NCBI GenBank assembly: GCA_965637545.1
Contig: OZ281500.1
Coordinates: forward strand, 19,592,001-19,656,000
Source of the DNA: Phallusia mammillata
Taxonomy: Eukaryota
DNA length: 64,000 bases
Direction of reading: 5' to 3'
The notes under the pieces were generated by a model. The model did not search any database and was not told the DNA's origin. It saw nothing but the letters and a program-made list of their open reading frames with translations. Below are positions 33,996 to 45,900 of this stretch, piece after piece. The number at the start of each line of letters is the position of its first letter. Position 1 is the first letter of the stretch. The translations under genes and the position numbers were made by a program.

Positions 33996-36900
33996 TCACG
34001 CTCCAGGTTTTTTGGGTTTCCGTCGTTTCTTTGTCCTCGTGTTATTTGTCTTGCGCTCATCCGCCGTCGTAAACGTGATTCCCTGCGCATAATTTTCAGC
34101 GTAAAAGCAAACCACAGAAAAACATCTGTGGTGCGGAGTCCAATGTCTGGCAAATTTACGCGTGTGGTAAATTGATCGCCTATGACTACACTGAACCATT
34201 ACAAGGCTTACGGATGAAAACAACAGTGTCTTGCTGAAAATCGGAGCAACAGATTACGGTTTACGTCAGTGGTTTCCAACCTTTATCGACGAATTCCTCT
34301 CTTACCAATTCAATCATTTTCATTCCTCCCTAATAGACTACATTGTAGATGCTAAACCTTACAAAGACATTTAAAAATTGGATAATTTATCTAATTCTTG
34401 GGTTATATTCCCAATTGTCAATTTACAAACCATATGTACAAGCATTTTAAAAACGTGATTCATCGAGCAATCCATGCTACTAAACACTGACCTGTCGATC
34501 CAGATAATCCAAAAGGTCGTTGGCGTTGCAAGAAAACGTAGCTTCCTTCAGTAAAGCCTTAAACCTGCTTAAGTATATCGGTTTGTATCGCAAAATGTCG
34601 CGGTACAACAACACGTCATTGGTGATGACGTCGTGCATTAGCAAATCCAGCTCATCAGGGCCAGACGGTTTCAGCTTTTTCGTTTTGTGTTTCGATTGGG
34701 TGGGTTGTTGCTCTGGGGCGCCCTCTAGGTCTGACGTGCTTGTAGCACAAGGGATAAAGTGTGTCGTGTGAAGGTCTTCGATTTCACTGTAAGCGATAGA
34801 GCGACATCAAGAGAAAATTTACTTCTTGGTCAAGACTAAGGTTACTAGACGTCCGGAATTTACGCGTAAAATCTGTGTCCGAAAATATTTTTTTTAAATA
34901 CTTCTAATTAATGTCCTGAATTTTAGCGTCTAGTAACCTAACCTACATAGTTCAGACCTTTTTTTTTCTGGGGGAAAAGGTTTTTCGTTTTACCTATTGT
35001 CTGTGCAGTTGCTTGATGCAGCCTACACAGATGCAATCAGCATGAGTTTTAGCCTAAATGCGATTTGGTGTGTTTTTTTTTTATCTCGATAGTAATGTCA
35101 TTTTGCAAAAGAAACGGGACTATTTTGGTTGGTACCGTACAACAACAAGGTTAATAACTGAATATAACGCAAACTTTGCGTCGCCAAGCAAATTTTTTGA
35201 AAACCTCCAAAATTTTGCTATATGGTAACCCTATATTCTGGACTGAATGCAACGGCAGATAAGAATTAGGCCTACCCAATTTTACAACCAAATCATAGGT
35301 AAAAATGTTTTATATGCCAAGATGAACATATGCGGCAATGCGTGGGAGATTGGCTTGGTTCTGTATTACGTCCTAAAGCTTAGTGTGGTATAATCGGTTT
35401 TGCTTTGACAAATCAATTAAAAAAGCTAGATTAACTGGTGGGTGACAGTACACCTACCTTCCTTCATTGCCCACTTCTTCATCCGATGAATCCACGTTAA
35501 ACACTTCTGCAACTGCAACAACAAAAAACGCCACTAAAGAGATATCGTATTTCTAAACCAGTCAAATTACTTGTTTGCAACCTCTATGGATGCAAGCTTA
35601 TTTTTGTACGTTTTTAGGTTTGTAACATACCAAGATTTATTTGCCGAGCTACAGCCATTGACACGAATTTTTTAAACGTTTCTGAGACATTGGTATGAAT
35701 TTAATAACTGCAATATAGGTAAATAAACTGTACACAAAGAACAGTTGTTATAAAGCAGTGGTTCTTAACCTTTTTCATTGCTGCACCCCTTTTAAATCAC
35801 CAACCATTTTTCGCACCCCCTTCTGTAATTGTATTCGTATAGAATAGACCTAACCAACCTTAATGATTCAGCATCCCCGCACCCCCTAGGCACAGTTCTC
35901 GCACTCCTGGTTAAGAACCCCTGCTATAAAGTGTATTTGTGTCCTCTATTTTGTCAAAACCTTGTCCATCAACACAATCACAAATCTTGAGGCATAAGCT
36001 TTATTTTGGTCAAAGACAGCCGCAGTTGTTACAACGAACAGAAAAGAATCATAGAAAAAGAAAAGCTTCGTCAAAAACAAGTTCTAGAGGGTCAAAACAT
36101 AAGCCACGTCGTTGCATGGTACACTAGAAGGGAAGACACTACATGAATCAAAAATCATTGCCAATTTTGGCTAACCAATCTATGATGCCAATAGTGAGGG
36201 ATTGAGCCTGACCATTACTCGGTACACCGTGGGAAGTATGTCAAACATTTGATGTTGGAATGGTGCTATCGTTTCGTCGTTCACTACGCAGTTGGATAAT
36301 GCCTCCACTATTACTTGTTGTTTGTCCGAACACAAACTGTAAAATACAAAGACATGCATTTAGTCATAAATAAGCTACATAGAGTAAACACTGATTGAAG
36401 TTTGATCTATCTTGGTACACTACTAGTCCATACAGCCTATATCTGGTCACCAGAGAACCATAAGTTTAGGCTCGGTCTTTCAGTTGTCATGACGTGAATT
36501 TAAAGCAAGCCCAATTTTACCGTCGTTTACCTGCTTGCAAAGATATCACAAAGCATTCTACATAACAAAAAAATGCAATTGGGTGTCTCGCCCAAAAAAA
36601 TGCAAACGCTACTAGCGATTAAAAACCCGCCACACGATGTCGAAAACTAGCCCAATTGGGCGGGAAAACCGCCACCCTGGCAATACTGCATGCTTGTTTA
36701 TTTCGTAAAGCTAAAATTCTAATGCAGCTACTAGAAATACAGGCTACAGTACATGCTAAGGGCCCCAGCTGGGTTTAAACCATTTTTATCAGTTAAACAA
36801 AACCAAAGCCGTACGTCTCTGACATCAGACAGATAGTGCTCATTTAATAACCTGCTAAGTGTGGATACAAAGTAAACACGGTTTAACATATGATCCATAC

Positions 36901-39900
36901 CTGGCTAGTACAGTGAACTCAGGATTGTAGTGCGGTGAACCTGGCGTGACGCTGTTGAGCCACTTCTGAACGTCTGCACTTGAACCACGTGGTGTCCCCC
37001 TTGAGCACTCCCTGGCCCGCTGTAGCGCTTTCAACATCGTGCCGTTCTCGCGCATCCCGGTAAGCGCACGACGGATTAGTTCCTCGAATTCTGAGAAAAA
37101 GAAAGGAACAGTTTTGGAATTCTGGATATTTTTATTATGTTGTTAAAACGCAGGTAACCTTCTGCCATCTAAAAAGGTAATGAGGGGATTTGGAAAAGTG
37201 GTTTTCGTTTTTCATAGCCAGCGTAAGTAATTTGCACTTCAAGTAACATAAAACCTTTCAATCAGGTATTTACTCTATTTAACCACTTTTTACAGATTTA
37301 GGTACTCATACAGATGCAAAAAAAAAATCGATTTCGGCATTATTCATTATGAATTTTACATGCAATAATAAATTGTTTAAAAACACATGGTTGAAATTAC
37401 TGCTTTTTAACCGGTTACTCCCAACAATTTGTGTGTCATAATGTGACTACAGTAAACGTTAAATATCGTATTACCAGCTGCAATAGTTAGGCCTAATAAG
37501 TCGAAACAATATGACATATCTACAGCCAAATTACTGACTTCGAAAACTCAAAGGGTCTATTGTTTTAAAGCAGGCCAAAAATAAATCTAGTCCTACCTTG
37601 AAAGCATGGTTTAACCCAGTGGTTCTTAACCGGTGGGAAATTTAATGTTTTCGGAGGGAAATTATGTAAGCTTGAAAAGAGCAAACTCGGGCTCGATGGT
37701 CGAAACCGGCTTTGAATTAACCGTTGAAAGCTACATTACTACAAATTTTCTGCAACAACATGTAAGATTGATTTAGCCAAGGTTTACAAGACACATACAA
37801 GTCCAAAGACCGTTTGTTACATCACAGACAAGACTGAAACCATCAATGACTTTGCTGTTGTGCGCGAATAGAAGCCTTTCCTTTGTAGATTGTGATGCAA
37901 AAAATGACTAATGCAAGCACAGCAAGATCGACCTTTAGGATCCAGACCAAAGCGCTCCACAAAATTATGTCATTTAAAGAATATTTTTTTGTAAACATGA
38001 TTATAAAAATAACAGAGGGGGAAATTCGAAGTTGGTGATTGACTTTAGTGGGAAACCACACTAAAAAGGTTAAGAACCACTGGTTTAACCATACACAACC
38101 CACCCACCTGCTGTTGTCAAGCTCTCCAGGGCCTGTATCGCTCTTCGGGTGTGCTGCTCAGTTTTCATGATCTGTACTCGATCTAGTCAGTATAACAGAG
38201 CACAGCTCACTTATAAAGTCGTTACCTGTTATATAACGCCTACCAAGCGATGAGTGCAATGCGTGCAGTAGAATAACGCTCACAGCAAGCGAAACAGCTG
38301 CGACTGGGCGATTGCTCTTTGCACAGAGGGCGAGGAAATGCGTGGTGCCGTAGCACAAAATTACCAACCAACGGAACAGGCCATAGACACTATCGCACGC
38401 TGGTTTAATGCAAACTGTTACAGCCGCTATACTGTGAGTAAAATTATCCTGCTATTTCACACTAACGCGATTCACGAATAATTTTCGCACTAAAATCGTT
38501 TAATGCAGTGCGTTTTCCTATACCGCCCAGCAGTTGGCATTTCAAAACGCTTGTCAGTACAGATTGCATAAAACGAATTCGCCAAGCAATAAATCGACAA
38601 CAGTAATTGCAACCAAATGCTTGTGAAACTAGTAATTCTTAAACTGTCTGCCGGGACATACTTGTACGCCGTGAGAGATTTTCAAGTGTGTCGCTTTGCT
38701 TATTTAAAAGTGCAACTTTTTGTGGTGCTTGAGGACTTAATGGCGAAATACAGACATGCACAACAGCATTAAAAGCTCATTTTTTCGTTTTAATAAAAGA
38801 AGTCATCTATGTCATCAAAAAAGTTGCAAATTAACCTTCTTTGGACAACTATTGTGAAAGTGTGCCACAGAAAAAAGTTTAGCTTGTTAATGCACCACAT
38901 GCTTGACAAGTTTGAGAACCACTGGCTTAAAAAATTAAGTGACAATTTGTGGGGTTATAACGTATGGCAATGTCAACAGGAAACAGTTTAAAGATTATTT
39001 CATTGTTTCTTACTTGGACATGCCAAAGCAGGTCTGCTATCGTCGCTGTCAGATTCCACAACTTGCACCACTTTGTTGTGACGAGTTTTCACATTCGTAG
39101 GTGTATCGCTAGGGGGCGCTACATAACACAAATGAAATTTTCTAGAGAGCATTGAAATTTCAAAACACCGCCACAAATTACGTACAGACACAAAAGATCA
39201 GTTTTTTTTACTCAAGAATATAACATCCATAAACCTGGTCACAGTATACTCAATGTGAGGTAAGCGCGTGATAATTGAAAATGGTAAAAAAACCTTCATA
39301 CCCTGTATTTTTGCAGTGACGTTATTGGCACTGGTTTCTTCCTCGTCAGATGATATCACTTGGTGGCGGTATGCGTACAACTCTTTCAACTTGACCTTCA
39401 GTTTCTTCTTGCCAAGTGTTCGCTTGAGACCCATCTTTTGTCCCTAAACATTTCGTTTCAAAAATAAAATGCTGATCTCAGGCATTATTTTATATTTCGC
39501 TAAATCTGAAAACAAATTTAAGAAATGTATTGCGTTAACACGAGTTTAGTCACATTACGACATTACACTAAGGCAGTGGTTCTCAAACTGTGGTACGCCG
39601 GAACTTTTCAGGTGGTACGCGAGTAAAATTCTGTGATACCTAATTTAAGTTCAATTTAAAATTGCACCTCAACTGACCCAACTGATCAGCCCTGGTTTAG
39701 GCGATACTCGTGGTTTGGACAGTCTTTTGAAATTGCTAAATACGCTAAGTCGGTTCGAGAAAGTAGGCTTATTTCTAACGCTCTATTGAAACCGGGTTTA
39801 GGTCAGTGGCCTTCAACCTCAAAGGGATCCGCGAGATGGTTTCAGGGGTTCCATGCAGGCAAATATGTTTAGTATCATTTACCAACAGAAAAATATATTT

Positions 39901-42900
39901 AAGTTTCTCCACCGTTTTTACAATCCTGCATACAAATGCAAACTATTGATCACCCCTTAATTGGGCCAGAAACACTGAACAGTTACTTTTTGTGATTGTT
40001 TTTCCGATTGTGACATCATAACACACGTGGTCAAAAGACTTTATAGGACAAGTGTTATGTCAAGTTAAATAAATATACCAGAAAATGTATCAATTTGTTG
40101 TGTTGGCCGCTACAATACAGAAACTTCTTCGAAATTAAAGGACTGTGAAGGTGAATGAAAATGCTTCAAAAGCAGAATAACGTATAATGCAAGAAACGAG
40201 AAACATAAAAAGACCTGAAATAAGCTATTGCTGCCAGGCATAATGTATGACCATACATATATTGCTCATCCAGCAGGAAATTTGTCCTGCAAGTTATGTC
40301 ATTATCCTGATGAAGGCGTCTTGTATAGGACGTCGAAACGTCGATTGTTTACAATAAAACTGCTGGATGAGCAATACTTGGTCATAAAAAGACCTGTTGG
40401 TAATTACGTTGGGGGTCCGCAGACTTAAGATTTATAAAAGGGGTCCGTGACTACAAAATGGTTGGGAACCACTGGTTTAGGTGGTACGCCGCGATAGAAA
40501 AAGTTGTCAGGTGGTACGCGATCCGTATAAGTTTGAGAAACACTGCACTAAGGCTTTAAATCAAGATTTTTTTTCAGCGTGTGCCTTGCCATATTGGAAT
40601 GCTTGGGAAAACAGGTTGATTCGGTATACCGCCTTTAATAGTGCTGGCGTAATATGATTTATATATGAGTGCGTCGAGATCGCTTGCCTTAAAAGACGCT
40701 TCAGGGCTGATACCAGTAAGAGTGTATTCATCTCAGCTAGACTAAGGCATTGACCTATGAGATTGGGTTAGCTTTCATATACTTACAAGAAAAGATACAA
40801 AAAACAAATGGGTAAAAGGTACCTGTTTGACAATATTCGGTGTGTCCATGTCGCTGTAGTTCAGCATCGGCGTAAAAGGGACGTTTACGATCGAACGACG
40901 AGGTTTTCGGACAGGGACAGGAGTTTTGAAATTCGAGGGTTCTGGGGCGTCAACGGCTCCAGTCACGTGACCCACTGCAGCTGAGAGCAGCACAGAATCG
41001 TTGACGGAGAAATCAAACACGGGGGATGGGTCTGCGGGTGTTTTTATGTGGTCGGGCGGATCCCGAAATTTATATTTGGATGTGACTGGTTGTGAAAAGC
41101 TTGTTACAAACACTTCATCTTCAGGGGTGGCAACTTTGGCCGGCTGCGATTGCATCACGTCATCAGTGATGTCATCGATGTCCCTGACGTCATATTGGGA
41201 ATCAGAGTTGCACGGTCGCGGTTTTAACATCGGGGAGTTGAAGAGGTTTGGATGAGGGCTATGCGATGCGATAGACGAGAAGTCGTGAATGTCTGCGGGA
41301 GTGTCGTGCGCTGACACTGGAGGGCGCGTTGTTGACGATGGCGATTTTGGGGTGCTGCCGGTCATCCGACGAAACTTATGTCGGTTGCCTGGCAACGGGG
41401 TAAAATGTGCCGATCTGCGTTTGCTCGAAACCAAGGGACGGAATTCTTTATCCGGGACATTTGCGTTGGAACATGTAGCCTTGTCTACGTCACTGTCAAC
41501 GTTGGTGACGTAGATACGTTCGGTTTCGTCATCGTCCATTCGTATCTCTATGGATTCGTCAAGGCGACTTCGGAAATCTGTTAGACGTACTGTTGGGGAA
41601 CCCCCGCGAATAGAACCGCTGCAAGGGACTGGAGAGTCGTGAAAAAGATCGTCATCAGATGGAACAAACGAAGCAGGGGTTGGTTGGAAGTTGTGAGGCT
41701 GGGTTTCATCGCAGCTATCTGTAACACAGCAAAAAGATCGTTATTAAATGAAGATAAACGTAGAGTAGGCTAAACCTCGCTTAAACCGGATTTTGTTAAA
41801 CCGGATGTTAGCCTAATTCGGAGAAAACTTGAGGTATAAATGATTTGTAGTGTGGTAAGGCTTTAACTAATCGACATCGGTTAATCCAGATCTTAGCCTA
41901 ATCTGACATTTGTTTGTGTAATCGGGTCTGTATTAATTAAGGTTTCATCCGACATTACATCTACATGTCACGTTTATTTTCAACGGCAGAAAAAATTGAA
42001 ACAAAGTTACAATCAAAATGGATCCATTTAAGAAAGTAATCAACAAAAAATCAAAACCACGTACCAACTGGTTCGTCAAACTGCGACGCATTTTTTCTCT
42101 GTTCGTTATTGCATCCAAGTCGCTGGTACAACTCTTCTGCCTGCAATTTTGATATTTTCTTTAGCGACCCGGTGTAGATATGGTCAAATAAACATAGCAT
42201 CTCTTCTCTGTCGCAGCGCTGCATGTAATATATGCCACCCACACTTCCGTTCTCAAACACCTGCAGAGGCAAACATGACAAAGTCAATATTTACATACAC
42301 TGGCAATGGCTACAATTTAGCCTGGAAATGAAATCTTCATGTAAGTCAATTGTAGTAGGTGTGAATCTTTATGTAACTTATGACCACTGCTTGGCTACAT
42401 CACTGAATTCAATATGCAACGCAAAAGGCAATATGCAACGCAAAAGTGCAAATAGGGTGACCAAATGTTTAAAATTGAAATCACAAAACAGTAGATGAAA
42501 TAACAATTTCATGAGGAAAAGCGCATGAGTTTTTACAGTTGTCCTGATTTTTGGTGAATTGCATCTTAGGTTTTTTGACAAAGAAAAGATTTTCACCTAC
42601 GATAACTATGTACAAAAGACAATCAAAGGTTTCAGTTTTTTGAACTTTTTGTACTTGTTAAAGGTTTTTGAACACAAAATGGATGCTTATCCCTTTTTCA
42701 TGCTTACCTGTAACAGAGCAGGCATTCGACACAACAGAATGCATTTGTGCACAGCAATATCATCAGCACGGTCGTCATTAAATCTCAATGTCAAATCACT
42801 GTATGACTGGCAGTTCACAAGTTTGGAATAGTCTTGCTGAATCAATGAGTAACTTTCAGCCCTTGTTTCACCAAATGACGTGCCACTTATATTGGTTTGG

Positions 42901-45900
42901 TTGTTTTCTGTAGTTACTGCATGGTTTGATGCCATTTCTTCGCTTAGTTGATAGCTGTTGTTGTTATTGTTTTGTGGTGTCTCTGGTAAAATGTTACTAG
43001 TGTTTGTCCAAATAGGTTCTGATTGTGGATCCTCTTCATCAGACTGGAAAAAGTAAATTAAATATGGTAAAGTATGTTTAACTACTAATACATTTTATAT
43101 TAATACAATAGTTAATATATGCTACAAAAATAAACACTATTAAACTTCAAACTAAAATAAGTTACTCCTGCATTCAGATATAGCCACTTGGTAACCAGGA
43201 TAAGTAACAATAACAGACAATGGCCAAGATGGTTGAAAGGCTAATACGAAGGCCTTATACCCATAAGCTTACATGGTTTGAAGCATACTACAACTAAACC
43301 TAGCATAGATGCAGTGAGGCAGAAAGTTCGACAGTGCATTCATTGTAACCGTTGTTATCCCACCCACCAAGTATATATACACCACACATACAACAAACCA
43401 CCAACGACTTACAGCAGTAATATTAAGTTTCATATCATCTTCATGTTTATCAAAACTTGTTTCTGGAATAGCATGTTCAACAGTTGAGCCTCCCCCAAGT
43501 TCAATAAGTTGTTGCAAAGTTGAGTCTACATTGTCATCATTGTCAATCACCTTTAAAGACAAGTGTTATCCCTCTGATATGCTGTTTTGTATAGATTTAT
43601 ATCAGATGCATTATTAGCTAAAAAAATCTGAGTTACATGTTTGAATTGCACCATAAACATAGAACAGCATGTACACTCCTAGTTCATAACCTGTCTGGTT
43701 TCCGGTTAAAACAGATTTCCTTTCAAAAAATTTGGGCTGTTTACTGTGATTATAGTGACCCAAATTGGCGTATGCTTTATTATTTAAATCCTTCGACAAA
43801 TGCTCATGCCATCATCAGGGATATAAGGGGTCACACTAATTACACCCATTTTGTGGGCTGTGCCTGTGACACTACAATTAAAGTAAATTACTGTCAGTGA
43901 CCATTTCACAGTGCACCAAAATTCACACACAAAAATTCTGAGTACTGAATAAAAAAGTTGGGGACCCTCTGGATTAATTAAAGTGCTTAAATGCTCATTT
44001 TTTACCAGTGTTTCTACACATCCTGTGATTAATTACACACTGTAATAGTGTTGGCATAAGTGGACAGAAACCAAACTATACAATACCTGATAAAGCAATT
44101 CTTTGTCTTCAATGGCATCAGGACAATCAGGAATATTTTCTGGGATATCTACAGCCCTTTTCGGTGCTGGTGAATCAAACTGTGTGAGCAGGCCGGATAC
44201 TCGGTAATCTACAGAACATGAACTCTTTCCACCACTCAAGCCCCATTTGCTGTTTGCAATAGATTGGAACTTATTGGACACGGGTGCATGCTCCTCATTG
44301 GCCTGCGAAACAATGGCATGTTGTTATGATTGACTTTAATTATCAGTATTACATGTAGCAACATCCTTTCAATAAAATCAGTTGCCACATACTATGTGAA
44401 GCAATACATGAAACTTATTAAGCATCATGTTTTAACAACATTTAAATTCAAGAGAAATACAACATATATTTACTGAATCAATTTCGTTTGCTTGTTTTAT
44501 GTCTGTTTGGTCATCAGTTCCATTGGCAAATCCTTTTTCACTAAAGGTAGATTGTGGTAAAACAACAAATGGTTTCAGATCATCTGTGGCTTCTGGCGTG
44601 TCCTTCAAACTGTTGTCTGAATGTTTTTCCCATTTACTTGCCAATGGTATTACTGGTGTGCAAGGAACCTCACAGTCATTAGCTTTAAACACAAAAGCTC
44701 TATTTGGCAACAAGGTGTAACTTAAATGTCAAAAATCCTTCCTGTTGAGTCTAAAACCAGCAGAATTTAATGCTCTTGCTGCCATGAAGGGTGTAAATAC
44801 TTGTAAATATAGTACAGTAAAAGTACTCTTTCCAAACAGTTGAACATGGTTTAGATAAATGACTATGTAAATTTTATGCAAAACAATGTACGTTTTTTTG
44901 GATTTATATGCATGACATGCTATGATTAACAATTAACAACAGTTTTATTACTTGAAGTTGCTGCATCATCAGATTTTCCAATCATTTGTGCCAGTTTAGT
45001 TTCCAAAGCAGCTTTTCTAGTAGCTGGACTATCCTGGAGCATTACAGGCACTCCAATTTCTTTTTTTCTGTAGAAATAAACAACTATTAAGTAAAAAAAA
45101 TGTTTTACATCCAAAATCAATAATAATATACCTTAATTTTTCTTCTCTTTTTGAGCGTTTTCTTTCATCATCCTCTGACTTAGACAAAGCTTTAGCTACC
45201 TGTAGCATAAAATAAATAATTTACCTCTGAACCACGTTTTTGGCGTCAGAGGTTTTAGTGGGATTAGGATATGGGGTCGTACTCTTTCAATGCAAGGATT
45301 TTTATCCAACTCAGTCTAATTTCTGGTGTCCTTATGAACACAGTAAAAGTGTACCTTTTACTGGTGAATCACGTAAAAGCCCAATAAATGGACCCTTAGA
45401 CATGCACAGATGTAATTGGCACCAGAAATTGCAACTTTTAGTTGTAGGCTTTATAGATACCAGTGTTCTGAGAGATTCTGAGTAACTACCAGAAAAAAAT
45501 CCTAGGAGCCAAAGTTGGCGCCCTAGTACTACTATGTGTAGGTCCTTATACCATCCAATGCTGCATTAAGGAAATGACACATTCTTTGATTTGCATTCCA
45601 GTAAAAATTAGTTTCATTGCACAGACCGTGAAACTACTTATTAAACATTCACTGTGTGTTCCTGAGTTTACACAAAATGATTATTTTTTCAAACACAACG
45701 GTTATTCTTAACAGTTTAATATAATTTACACACTTGTAAAATTTCATCCTCTGCATTCCTGGGTACTTTTGCAGTTCTTTTTCTTCTTTCTCTTTTTTCT
45801 TTGCCAGCTTTCTAAAATGAAATGCAATTAAAACAATTTGGAAAGGTTTAAAGAATCAAAAAACCTACAGAACTTGATGGCCCAGTGCACGACTGTACAT

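Larger units (their letters stand above)
39804..40474. mobile_element. hAT MITE inserted inside the previous MITE
   Basis: CAGTGGCCTTCAACC / GGTTGGGAACCACTG termini. TSD GTTTAGGT. Confidence 0.88.
39574..40545. mobile_element. hAT MITE (outer element of a nested set)
   Basis: CAGTGGTTCTCAAACT / AGTTTGAGAAACACTG termini. TSD CACTAAGG. Confidence 0.9.

Noticed and set aside
34652-34672. GAAAC...CTGATGA on the minus strand resembling a type II hammerhead
   Set aside because: It lies in SLX4 coding sequence (LKPSGPDEL) and the stems do not pair.
45225-45487. Apparent extra SLX4 exons with good splice sites
   Set aside because: They are phase-incompatible or stop-containing. Exon 45811-45734 joins 45199 directly and restores the conserved EDEILQVAKALS motif.
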